Shown one piece after another: positions 18,937 to 28,366 of a DNA stretch of 51,444 nt. A program made the translations under genes and the position numbers. Numbering within the stretch: the stretch's first letter is position 1; every line of letters starts with the position of its first letter. The DNA comes from Planctomycetota bacterium (lineage in GTDB: Bacteria > Planctomycetota > UBA1135), in assembly GCA_029941685.1 (NCBI GenBank), contig JAPYTC010000003.1, positions 1 through 51,444 of the forward strand, in the 5' to 3' direction. Below the pieces are notes generated by a model that made no database searches, was not told the origin of the DNA, and saw nothing but the letters and a program-made list of their open reading frames with translations.

Positions 18937-20310
18937 TTGACACACGCTCCCACCGATTACTTAGTCGCCCCGACGATCCGCCTCGATAAAGGCGAGGGGC
19001 TCGCCGAGGCTTTACGTTGCCTGCGCGAATTCGACCCGCGTATTTTTCTTATCTTTGGCGGTGATGCCGAAGACGTGCAATGGCTTCACCAGACTCTCGA
19101 AGACCAAGCTGGGCACCCTATTCTGTTGGCTGCCGACCTTGAACGTGGCGCTGGACAACAATTCGAAGGCTTAACGCCATTGCCAGATGCGTGGGCATTA
19201 GGCTTGCTTGGGCCTGAAGCAGCTTACGAAGCTGGGCATCGCACTGCCGCCGAAGCTGCTACCGCCAACGTGCGCTGGATTTTCGGACCGTGTTTAGACT
19301 TGCACCGTACTGGACCTAATGACATCTCTTCACCGATTATTGCCAACCGTGCATTCGGTGGCGACATTCAACGCGTAATTGAATGTGCGGGTGCGTTCAT
19401 TAAAGGTGTTGTCGATGCGGGCGGCATCCCATGTGGTAAACACTTCCCAGGACATGGTGCGTGCGCACAAGATTCGCACACCGAGGTGGCCGTCTCATTC
19501 GACGACATCACCCCACACCTTGAGCCGTTCAAGGCTTTAGTCGCGCACTTGCCAAGCATCATGGTTGGGCATATTGAGTTTCCAATGATTGACGAGACCG
19601 GCGCGCCGGCATCGCGTTCAAAGACTATGATGGATATTTTGCGCAACGATCTTAACTATAACGGCTTGGTAGTTACTGACTCCATCAACATGACCGGCTT
19701 CGGTGAACCACAAGAAGAGTTGGCTGTCGAAGCAATTGCTGCCGGCGTCGATTTGTTACTCGACCCTAAGGATCCCGTGGCTTTAGCCATGACTTTACGC
19801 GATGCTGTAGCACGTGGTGATCTCGATGAAGAGCGCGTGCACCAAGCAGTCGGTCGCATTGACAAATTAATTCGTTTGTCACTCGACACCGAGCCAGCAA
19901 AAACTCGTCCACTAGTATTGGGTGGTGGCATGAAGACTTTGATGCGCCCCTTGCCCGGTGGCTCAGGTGGACGCTCCCATCCGCGGCCTGATTACGCCTT
20001 GAATTTAGCGTCTACTCCCGACGCAGTCCGCTTCCTCGAAGAATGGGGGGTGCCTATATACCAAGCCGACGAAGAACCGCCAGCCGATATCGGTAAAGCG
20101 TTGTTGGTATTGTGCGGTGCGCGTGAAGGGCATGGTCTGCCAGACATCCCGGGTAATTGGCTCGAAGCAATTCACCAGCAGCATCCGCGCCTTTACATGG
20201 CCGGCTCACCAAACTCTGCAGAGATCGCGCCGGATTCTTCGCGTGGCTGGTATGTTCCTGGCGTTTCTCCGGCATTGCTCGGAATGTTGCTCACCGCTGA
20301 TGAGCAATAA
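18937..20310 (+). CDS. Glycoside hydrolase family 3 N-terminal-domain protein, NagZ-like beta-N-acetylhexosaminidase with a roughly 120-aa C-terminal extension
   Basis: 457 aa with a TTG start. KHFPGHGACAQDSH (the KHFPGHG...D-H motif) and VVTDSINM (nucleophile Asp context). Confidence 0.75.
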   Translation: MTHAPTDYLVAPTIRLDKGEGLAEALRCLREFDPRIFLIFGGDAEDVQWLHQTLEDQAGHPILLAADLERGAGQQFEGLTPLPDAWALGLLGPEAAYEAGHRTAAEAATANVRWIFGPCLDLHRTGPNDISSPIIANRAFGGDIQRVIECAGAFIKGVVDAGGIPCGKHFPGHGACAQDSHTEVAVSFDDITPHLEPFKALVAHLPSIMVGHIEFPMIDETGAPASRSKTMMDILRNDLNYNGLVVTDSINMTGFGEPQEELAVEAIAAGVDLLLDPKDPVALAMTLRDAVARGDLDEERVHQAVGRIDKLIRLSLDTEPAKTRPLVLGGGMKTLMRPLPGGSGGRSHPRPDYALNLASTPDAVRFLEEWGVPIYQADEEPPADIGKALLVLCGAREGHGLPDIPGNWLEAIHQQHPRLYMAGSPNSAEIAPDSSRGWYVPGVSPALLGMLLTADEQ

Positions 20311-22023
20311 ATGGGTAGATTCGAAACATTAGATTGGATTGCCGTCATTGGCTACATCGTTTTTGCGATGGCTGTCGGTATTTATTTAACTAAGCGCGCT
20401 TCGAAATCGACAACCGATTTTTATCTTGCCGGTCGCTCTCTTAAATGGTGGGTTGCCGGCACTTCACTTGTCGCAACTTCTTTCGCTGCCGACACGCCAT
20501 TGGTGGTTAGTGGTTGGGTTCGCAGCTCGGGCATTTCGCAAAACTGGTTATGGTGGGGAATGGCCGTCGGTGGTTCGTTAACATTCGTGGTACTCGCTGC
20601 ATGGTGGCGACGCCTCGAAGTCACAACCGATGCCGAATTCATTGAACGCCGCTACTCGGGTAAACCTGCAAGTTTTTTACGCGGCTTTTACGGATGCTAT
20701 CACGCACTCATAACAAACACCATCGTTTTAACCTGGGTGCTGCTTGCGATGTTAAAACTAGTGCGCGTCATCCTCGGTGCCGAAGACGATAGTTACGACA
20801 TCTACATAGTCGGCGGCGGCCTAGTTTTAGCCTTGAGCTACTCCTTCCTTTCTGGGTTGTGGGGAGTCGTAGTCACTGACTTAATGCAGTTCGCGCTCGC
20901 GATGTTTGGCGCGATTTTGCTAGCCTATAAATCTATCGACGCTCTCGGTGGCTTCACTGCGGCCCAACAGGCTTTTGCCGAGCTTCCACGTGCAACCACT
21001 TCAATTATGCCATTAGCCAACGAGGACGGGCTTTCTTGGCGCAACATCGCTTGGTGGTCACAGGGCTTCGGAGCATTTTTCATCTTTATTGGCATTCAAG
21101 GTTGGCTAAATAAAAACGCGGACGGCGGCGGTGCTGGCGTCCAGCGCTACTCGGCATCGCTTGATGAAAGTCATGCGCGCAAGGCTGCCTTATGGTTCAA
21201 TATTGCGCATTATTGCATTCGGCCATGGCCATGGATTATCGTTGGCCTTGCGTCATTAATTTTGATTGACCCGACTACCCTGCCAATAATTAATGGCAGC
21301 GTTGATCACGAGGCCGCTTACCCAATGATGATGGCGCAATTATTGGGCCCCGGATTGTTCGGACTATTGTGTGCAAGTTTTTTGGCGGCTTTTATGAGCA
21401 CCCTTGATACGCATTTCAATTTAGCATCGGCGTATTTAGTAAATGACGTCTATCGCCGTTTTGTTCGCAAGGATGCACCAGACAAACACTACGTTTGGGT
21501 CGGACGCTTCGCTGAAATATTAATTGGTATCATCGCCGCTGTCTTCGCCCTCCAAGCAGATAGTATTGCAAACCTGTTTACCTTCTCGCTCTCGTTAATG
21601 GGCGGACTTGGTCCAGCATTGTTGTTGCGTTGGTTTTGGCGACGCGCAAATGTTTACACCGAGTTTTCTGCATTGGCGACATCAACCACCCTTACCTTTG
21701 CCACTAAAGGGCTAGGGTTCGAGTATCCATTCAGTTACATGGTTGTTGTTCTCGGATCACTAGCCATAGCCACCCTAGTAACACTGCTTACCCCGCCGGC
21801 CGACGAAGAAACCCTACAGCGTTTTTACTCGACCATCCGCGCCGACGAAGTGTCCAAGCCACATTTCTTCGGAGCCTGGGCAGGCGGCATTGCACTCATC
21901 TATGGCCTGCTACTCTCAATAGGCTGTTTTTTACTCGGCAATCCATTCCTAACGCCTCTTTTCTGCGCAATCGGTGGTGCGATTATGTTGCGCATATGTT
22001 GGCATAAATGCATCGATGCTTAG
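20311..22023 (+). CDS. Sodium:solute symporter family (SSF) transporter
   Basis: 570 aa with about 13 TM helices and an SSF-like N-terminus (DFYLAGRSLKWWV). ATG immediately follows the stop of the GH3 gene. Confidence 0.8.
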   Translation: MGRFETLDWIAVIGYIVFAMAVGIYLTKRASKSTTDFYLAGRSLKWWVAGTSLVATSFAADTPLVVSGWVRSSGISQNWLWWGMAVGGSLTFVVLAAWWRRLEVTTDAEFIERRYSGKPASFLRGFYGCYHALITNTIVLTWVLLAMLKLVRVILGAEDDSYDIYIVGGGLVLALSYSFLSGLWGVVVTDLMQFALAMFGAILLAYKSIDALGGFTAAQQAFAELPRATTSIMPLANEDGLSWRNIAWWSQGFGAFFIFIGIQGWLNKNADGGGAGVQRYSASLDESHARKAALWFNIAHYCIRPWPWIIVGLASLILIDPTTLPIINGSVDHEAAYPMMMAQLLGPGLFGLLCASFLAAFMSTLDTHFNLASAYLVNDVYRRFVRKDAPDKHYVWVGRFAEILIGIIAAVFALQADSIANLFTFSLSLMGGLGPALLLRWFWRRANVYTEFSALATSTTLTFATKGLGFEYPFSYMVVVLGSLAIATLVTLLTPPADEETLQRFYSTIRADEVSKPHFFGAWAGGIALIYGLLLSIGCFLLGNPFLTPLFCAIGGAIMLRICWHKCIDA

Positions 22024-22035
22024 TAGAATAAGCCT

Positions 22036-22785
22036 ATGGCATTCTTCACATCTACTGCGCACACAAACTCTAACGCCGTCGTCAATTCGGCTGCCAGCGA
22101 CACTCTCGAACAACGCCTAGCCTTTCTGCGCAAAGTCTACACCCTATTCAGCTGTTCCATGGTCGTATGGATGGGCTCTGCCTTGTGGGTATCTACCAAC
22201 GACAAAATGCTCGGCATGGTGATGGGTATTTTCGGCAGTGGTTTCATTGGCCTGTTAGTCTTCATGGCAGCCTTATTCGGATTGCTACACCTAACCCGCA
22301 GCACTGCCCCGCCAATCAATTACATCGGCCTCGCTTTGTTTAGCATTCTCGAAGGATTCGTAACGGCACCATTAATAAAATACTCGCTTATGGCAACCGG
22401 TGGCGAAGGGCTAGCGATGACCGACCCAAGCAATGTCGTGTTGCAAGCATTCGTCCTCACAGGAATGGTGTTCGGTGGCTTAACGACCTATGCATTAACC
22501 ACAAAGCGCGATTTTAGTTTTTTAGGGGGCGCATTATGGATGGGCTTCTTCTTACTGTTCGGCCTTGGCATTCTTGCGATGTTCGGCATCGGCGAGTCAA
22601 TGCAAATGGGCTGGGGCATCTCTGTGGCATGGGTTTTGTTAATGGGCGGCTTTGTGTTATATGACACACAAAACATCATGAAACGTTACCCGTCAAACAT
22701 GGCGGCAGCCGCTGCGGCAACTCTCATGATTGACTTTATCATTATGTTTCAGCGCATCTTGATGTTACTTTCACGCCGCGATTGA
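22036..22785 (+). CDS. Bax inhibitor-1/YccA family membrane protein
   Basis: 249 aa with 7 TM helices. FLRKVYTLF near the N-terminus and the LYDTQNI motif near the C-terminus. Confidence 0.85.
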   Translation: MAFFTSTAHTNSNAVVNSAASDTLEQRLAFLRKVYTLFSCSMVVWMGSALWVSTNDKMLGMVMGIFGSGFIGLLVFMAALFGLLHLTRSTAPPINYIGLALFSILEGFVTAPLIKYSLMATGGEGLAMTDPSNVVLQAFVLTGMVFGGLTTYALTTKRDFSFLGGALWMGFFLLFGLGILAMFGIGESMQMGWGISVAWVLLMGGFVLYDTQNIMKRYPSNMAAAAAATLMIDFIIMFQRILMLLSRRD

Positions 22786-24944
22786 TACTCACAGCATCCA
22801 TTCTCCTCTGCGCCCAGCAATTTGTTGGCGCCTGGAGTTTCGCTGGCCCATATAGCGAAGCCAAAGAGATTGCTGCTATTGAAAAAATAATTGCCGGTGG
22901 CGGCGCCCTGAATGGATTCAAGGCTCATGAAGCCAAAGCGTTTTATGGCCATTTTGATGTTGCTTATGATCTTGGACAAGAATCCGTTGCTTCAGTTTTT
23001 TACCAACACAAAATAATCGCCAAAGAAGACAAGGTATGGCGGGTGCGAATGGGCAGCGACGACGGATTGAAGGTTTGGTTAAATGGCGAACTAATCCTTC
23101 AGCACGAAGCAGAGCGTGGCACTAACCCATCCGAAGAACATCTACTGCTCCCATTAGTCACAGGTGATAATTATCTAGCAATCCGCGTCATTAATACTGG
23201 CGGTACGTGGTCGTTTTCCATTAACGACGAAAAGCTCGCTAACCCTATTGAGGTCGACCGCGCCATTCGCCGTGGCACCGATCACTTAATTCAAGCGCAA
23301 GCGCTTGATGGTTCTTGGGGCTTCCACAAAGGCGCCTACCGCAACGGTGCGACCTCACTCGCTGTTTACACCCTGTTAAGTTGCGGAATTAGTCCGCAAT
23401 CCGCAACGGTGCAAAAGGGATTAAGTTTTATTAGCGCGACTTATCCCGAAAAAACTTACTCGGCCGGTTGTCAGCTCATGGCACTTGCCGAGCTAAACGA
23501 CCCGCAGTACTACGAGCAAATGGAGGTCATCGTTTCGGACCTCATCTCCTGGCAAGAGCGCAATGGCATGTGGGCCTACCCCGGCGGCCACTGGGATTTG
23601 TCTTGTACCCAATTTGCGATTCTCGGCCTATACGCGGCAGCAAACATCGGCATCGATGTTCCGGATAAAGTTTGGCGTGACGCCATTGAGGGCATTTTAT
23701 TGTGTGAAACCGAGATTAAAGGCAAAGCCGCGCGGCGCATCTCGGGCTTCCGCTACCACCCTGGCTACTCGGCTACCGGCACCTTGGCGATGACAGCCGC
23801 GGCAGTAGCGTCGATTGAAATTTGCCGGCAGCAACTCGGCGGAAAATATCCGCAAAAGTTACGCAAGAAAGCTGCGTCCGCAGCGAAAAGCGGTTTGGCT
23901 TGGATCACACAAAATTTTACTGTCGCGCGCAACTTCGGCTTTAATGGCCACCGCTACTACGCGATCTATGGTCTCGAACGAGTTGGCTCCATTCTCGATC
24001 TCAGCAAGTTCGGCGAGCACGATTGGTACAATGAGGGCGCAGGTTTCTTACTCGATGCGCAGCACACGAATGGCGGATGGCCTAATACCACCGTGGACTT
24101 CGCTGATACTCTATATTCACTCCTGTTCTTAAAGCGCGCAACCGCTCAGGCAGCGATTACGGGCGAATACGAGGTTAGATCCAGCAACGAAGTTGTGTCC
24201 GAAAATTTAGATGGACGCCTGCGTTTGCACGTAAATAATGGCGATCCAGTGGTCATGTGGACTGCACTGCCTGATGGCCTAAAGACTACTGCGGTAACTT
24301 ATGCGATAAGGCGTCACGCTAACGCCCCGTGGCAGCCTATTGGCGAGTCCTCCGCAAACCGCTTTGCGTATACGCATTCGTTCCCTGGCGTCGGCAAATG
24401 GTTGGTGCGCGCCGAATGCGTCGCTGACGGCCAACAGGTTAATTCTACCGATGTGGTTTACTACTACGTACCAAACCTTCGGCCAGATGACACCTCCTAT
24501 GGCGATGACGAATTCGAAAACTTAATTTCTGTGAGCCGGGCGACCGTAACAACTTCGACAGAAGTGGCTGACTACTTCGGAGGCAAACAGCTCGTTGATG
24601 GCAGCCTAAGCACACGCTGGTTCTGCAAAGTTGATGACGCGCTACCAGAGTTTACTATTTCGATGCGCAGGTCAGCGAAGGCTACTAAACTTTTGTTTAG
24701 TCATATCTACACGAGTCCGTCCAACATCGCAGACCGACCTCGACCTACCGAAGTCGAAGTTTATATCAATCACGAAAAAGACCCGATTGTGGTTAGCATT
24801 AATCCCGATCAATCTCAAAAAACAATTTATGCTTTCGAAAAGAAGAGGAGTATTACTAAGTTGCGTGTAGTAATTACGAAGGTTGTCGACGGCACTCTCG
24901 GAAAAGCCTCTATCGGCTTTAGTGAAATAGAACTGCAGCGCTAA
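22782..24944 (+). CDS. Secreted multidomain protein: PA14-like beta-sandwich, prenyltransferase/squalene-oxidase-like repeats, and a C-terminal discoidin (F5/8 type C)-like domain
   Basis: 720 aa with a TTG start overlapping the upstream stop (TTGA). WRVRMGSDDGLKVWLNGELIL (PA14-like). Repeats QAQALDGSWG, SWQERNGMWAYPGG and DAQHTNGGWP. C-terminal GGKQLVDGSLSTRWF. Confidence 0.6.
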   Translation: MILTASILLCAQQFVGAWSFAGPYSEAKEIAAIEKIIAGGGALNGFKAHEAKAFYGHFDVAYDLGQESVASVFYQHKIIAKEDKVWRVRMGSDDGLKVWLNGELILQHEAERGTNPSEEHLLLPLVTGDNYLAIRVINTGGTWSFSINDEKLANPIEVDRAIRRGTDHLIQAQALDGSWGFHKGAYRNGATSLAVYTLLSCGISPQSATVQKGLSFISATYPEKTYSAGCQLMALAELNDPQYYEQMEVIVSDLISWQERNGMWAYPGGHWDLSCTQFAILGLYAAANIGIDVPDKVWRDAIEGILLCETEIKGKAARRISGFRYHPGYSATGTLAMTAAAVASIEICRQQLGGKYPQKLRKKAASAAKSGLAWITQNFTVARNFGFNGHRYYAIYGLERVGSILDLSKFGEHDWYNEGAGFLLDAQHTNGGWPNTTVDFADTLYSLLFLKRATAQAAITGEYEVRSSNEVVSENLDGRLRLHVNNGDPVVMWTALPDGLKTTAVTYAIRRHANAPWQPIGESSANRFAYTHSFPGVGKWLVRAECVADGQQVNSTDVVYYYVPNLRPDDTSYGDDEFENLISVSRATVTTSTEVADYFGGKQLVDGSLSTRWFCKVDDALPEFTISMRRSAKATKLLFSHIYTSPSNIADRPRPTEVEVYINHEKDPIVVSINPDQSQKTIYAFEKKRSITKLRVVITKVVDGTLGKASIGFSEIELQR

Positions 24945-27900
24945 TCGCCAGCACCAGCGAATCCGCTGCGACTGTGGTCTTGGTATTCGCGAATTAATTT
25001 ATAAAAGTCTTTCGGTAGCCCAAGTCGCGTTCTTCGCAGGCGTTTGGCATAGCGAATAATGCCAACAGGGTCAGCAAAAAACAACACTGGTGACGGCCAT
25101 CCGCCGATTGATTTAGTTATCTCCAAATCATTTTCGGTTTTATTGTGCTTAGCAAACACGGGTCGCTGCGGAATATCTAACTGACCCAGTGAGGCCATGT
25201 CGAAATCATTAGGCAACAATATTGTCAGTCCCTGAGCTGGAGCATCAATTTCCCAATTGTCCAAAAACTGAGTTAGATTTTTCTGCAAATGCTCGATGTC
25301 GGTTTTTGCAAACAACATTATTGCCGTTCCAGATCCTGACAATGGCACTCCGTTCATCGGCAAGCCGACTAGCTGACGCAATTTAAATTCTCCGGTACGC
25401 TGACTGTCAAAGCCCCACCCTTGTGCATGAGCGAACTGACCATGGGCCAAACGGTCGAGACGCTGCACTTTAACATCGATTACACGCATTGCACCGGTGG
25501 TCGTGTAAAACCCGATGCGTCCATAAATAGGGCGACTGTTTAATAATGTAGTACGTTGCACCAACTTGCCGTCAAAATAAATTTCTGCACTAGGCCCATC
25601 GACAATAATTTCAAAACCAAAAGTAGTGCCGGTCTTGTCAAATCCGACCCCGCCACGCTTGGCTCCTTCACGTACGAACGATGAGGTGAGCGACCATGAC
25701 AAGCCAGCGTTGGATTCCGTTTCTTCGGTTTCACCGACTGAATAACGGTAATCGCCACCTGAAAATGAAAGTCGTGTATTGCGGTCGCGGCGATTCCAGC
25801 CGAAGACAATACCGCCATTAAAAAAAGTGGTGGTTTGTTCAACCTTGCCGCTAATTTTATAACGACCTGGCTGCTGCCACTCATCGGAAAACACTACCGC
25901 TTGCCGCTGGAAAGCAGTGCGATCCATGGTGCCCGTGTCGGTGCGTGCCTTATCACGACCTACGTGTAAGTCACCGAGTAATTCGTCTAGAAACCACATG
26001 CCAACACTACGCTTTTTATCTAAGCCATTCAATGCAAACTCTCGCCACTCGCCACTACTTAAAGCAACTGCTGGTTGCACAAAAGGTGACTGCTGTAGTT
26101 CGTTTAGGTCGACGAATGTTAGGGAGTTATTATTCGTTAGCCCAAAAGTTGTCGCATAACGTTGGTGATCTGAGGCTAGCGCCGCCGCAGTGACCAGATA
26201 CTGCTGTCTAGCAAAGTCGTTTGATAATTGTGCTAAGCCATCAAGCCACTCGATTGTTTTCGGCAAGTTTTTCGCCAGTGGGTTTGTTGAGTCATCACGC
26301 GCGAACTCTCGCAATGGCGAGTTGTAGCGCGGCCAATGTTGCAAGCACCACGCAGCGCGTGACTGATGAGTATCGTTTAGTAACCGTGCAAAGTCATCAA
26401 GCACGGCGTCGCTTGGCTCATCAACAACTAGAGCCCATTGATAAGCCAAATCAGCAGCACTGTTATTTACTTGATGCAATAACAAGGCTGCAACACGCGC
26501 TTGATCTTGACCAAACCACGGCTCAGTGCGGCCACGTAACCATGACCACGTTGGCTCGTCGTAAATCACTTCAGCACTTTCACCAGCAGGTCCACTAGGA
26601 GAAAAACGATTCGTCCAATCAGCTAATTCTTTCCAGTAAAACCCGCCAAGAAATTTACCATAGTCCGCTGCGAATTCTATTAAATCTGCGGGGCGTCCAC
26701 CTTTGCCATCACAAAAGTACTCTTCAAAATGAGCTGCCGCCGAAACTTTAGAACGGCGCAAACTGTTTTGATAAGGCTCTAAGTTGTCGGCGAATAATTT
26801 ATCGCCACCCTCTTCGAAGCCATTCCAGTAACGCAAGTAAATATACAGTGCATATCCGGCGGAGTAATTATCGCGGTACTCTTCGATATCGCCGCTCAGC
26901 AACTCACTTAGTTTATTGAAACCGCCATAGCCTTTTTGGGATACATCAAACATTGTGCCGAAACTAACGTAGTCCTCGACGAATTGTTCATCAATCATGA
27001 ACCCATAGTTTCCACCCGTCCATACGGCTTTACCTTCGGCTAGCCAAGCTGGTAGCCCGCCATAAGTCGCTCCGTCAAAACGGTGAGTAAGTTCGTGCGT
27101 CAAGCCGTGACCCAATCCGGGTATGGTGCCGATGGTGAATTTAAAGGTGGTGATGTCTCCACCCTGGAAGCCGCCTACCCAATAGAAGCCAGCGCCTTCG
27201 GACTCGAGGCCGAATGATTCGGGAACGATACGCACTGTGCCTTGACGGCCATTAAATGGGTCTTGTCCGTAAAAGTTGAGCAACCGCTTATGATGCAATT
27301 CGATGGTAGTTGCCGTACCAAGCAAAGTGTTGTATCCGCAAGATGTTTCTACTCGGTACAACCCGGTTGGCGAAATACACACGCCAGGGTTTTCGAAGGA
27401 TGAATGCCGCAATGTAAACTCACGCTGCTGGTCAATATCAAAATTTTCTAACTCTTCGATAGTGTAAACGCGCACCGAATCAAGCATCTCAGCACGCACT
27501 TCGCCAAGAACAGTTCCTGCCAATTTCTTTTCGCGACTAATGTTTGCTGGAGCCGGCCCTTTCAAATCTTTAAAGCCCGCCTGCGCCGCCATTCCGTTGA
27601 TACAACGTGCGAATTTTAGAGCCAAACCATTGTCGTTCTTGCTTTGGGCAATGCGCATTTCTTTTGCCATCGCTTTAGCCACATCCTTTTGCGATTCACG
27701 ACTTATTTTTAAAATGGGAGATAAGTTTTCTGGCAGCAATTTGGTCAACGACGGATTGTGCTGTGCCATTGTTGCAAGCAAGTCGCCGCTCCAGTTTGCC
27801 ATCAACCAATCACCTACCTTTCTACCATGCAACATTCGATCGCGAAATTTCACCAACTCGCGAAATGCTGCGCCACGCTGACTGGCCAAAAGCGAAATTT

Positions 27901-28198
27901 TCTCATGCGGGTGTTCTTTGTACCGGCCACGGTCATCGGCTTTGGCAGAATATAAATAATTTACCCATAAAGTTTGTAAGTCAAGATTGTCGCCACACGA
28001 TTCAATTAATAGCGGCACCAACTGGGCGGCGTCTGCCCCATTACTTAAAGCAAAAGAAAAATGACCGTACGCCTCAGCGTTATCGCCACCACTTAGTGCG
28101 CGGCGTCCGGCATCAATGCTCAAATCAACAGTTGATAGTTGTGCGTCAGCAGACGCGCAAATACAAACACAACATAGAGCGCTAGCAAAGAAGTTCAT
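24941..28198 (-). CDS. Large secreted protein with an HExxH zinc-metallopeptidase-like motif and a DUF1080-like (concanavalin/LamG-type) domain
   Basis: 1085 aa with a signal peptide MNFFASALCCVCICASADA. GHGLTHELTHRFDG (HExxH). The later segments GGIVFGWNRRDRN, FEIIVDG...IYFDGKLV and GRIGFYTTTGAMRVIDVKV resemble DUF1080. Confidence 0.55.
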   Translation of the reverse strand: MNFFASALCCVCICASADAQLSTVDLSIDAGRRALSGGDNAEAYGHFSFALSNGADAAQLVPLLIESCGDNLDLQTLWVNYLYSAKADDRGRYKEHPHEKISLLASQRGAAFRELVKFRDRMLHGRKVGDWLMANWSGDLLATMAQHNPSLTKLLPENLSPILKISRESQKDVAKAMAKEMRIAQSKNDNGLALKFARCINGMAAQAGFKDLKGPAPANISREKKLAGTVLGEVRAEMLDSVRVYTIEELENFDIDQQREFTLRHSSFENPGVCISPTGLYRVETSCGYNTLLGTATTIELHHKRLLNFYGQDPFNGRQGTVRIVPESFGLESEGAGFYWVGGFQGGDITTFKFTIGTIPGLGHGLTHELTHRFDGATYGGLPAWLAEGKAVWTGGNYGFMIDEQFVEDYVSFGTMFDVSQKGYGGFNKLSELLSGDIEEYRDNYSAGYALYIYLRYWNGFEEGGDKLFADNLEPYQNSLRRSKVSAAAHFEEYFCDGKGGRPADLIEFAADYGKFLGGFYWKELADWTNRFSPSGPAGESAEVIYDEPTWSWLRGRTEPWFGQDQARVAALLLHQVNNSAADLAYQWALVVDEPSDAVLDDFARLLNDTHQSRAAWCLQHWPRYNSPLREFARDDSTNPLAKNLPKTIEWLDGLAQLSNDFARQQYLVTAAALASDHQRYATTFGLTNNNSLTFVDLNELQQSPFVQPAVALSSGEWREFALNGLDKKRSVGMWFLDELLGDLHVGRDKARTDTGTMDRTAFQRQAVVFSDEWQQPGRYKISGKVEQTTTFFNGGIVFGWNRRDRNTRLSFSGGDYRYSVGETEETESNAGLSWSLTSSFVREGAKRGGVGFDKTGTTFGFEIIVDGPSAEIYFDGKLVQRTTLLNSRPIYGRIGFYTTTGAMRVIDVKVQRLDRLAHGQFAHAQGWGFDSQRTGEFKLRQLVGLPMNGVPLSGSGTAIMLFAKTDIEHLQKNLTQFLDNWEIDAPAQGLTILLPNDFDMASLGQLDIPQRPVFAKHNKTENDLEITKSIGGWPSPVLFFADPVGIIRYAKRLRRTRLGLPKDFYKLIREYQDHSRSGFAGAGD

Positions 28199-28366
28199 CT
28201 AGCGCAGTATAACTACTACCGAGGAAAGACTTAGCTTTATGACACGAACGAACAGGTGCCGGGCAGTGCATATGATGGCCCGTGATTATCGGCCGCTATT
28301 TTATTTTTATTTAATTTTGCGAGCGATATGGTTACTTTAATTAATTAAGGAGGTATTATTTGACAG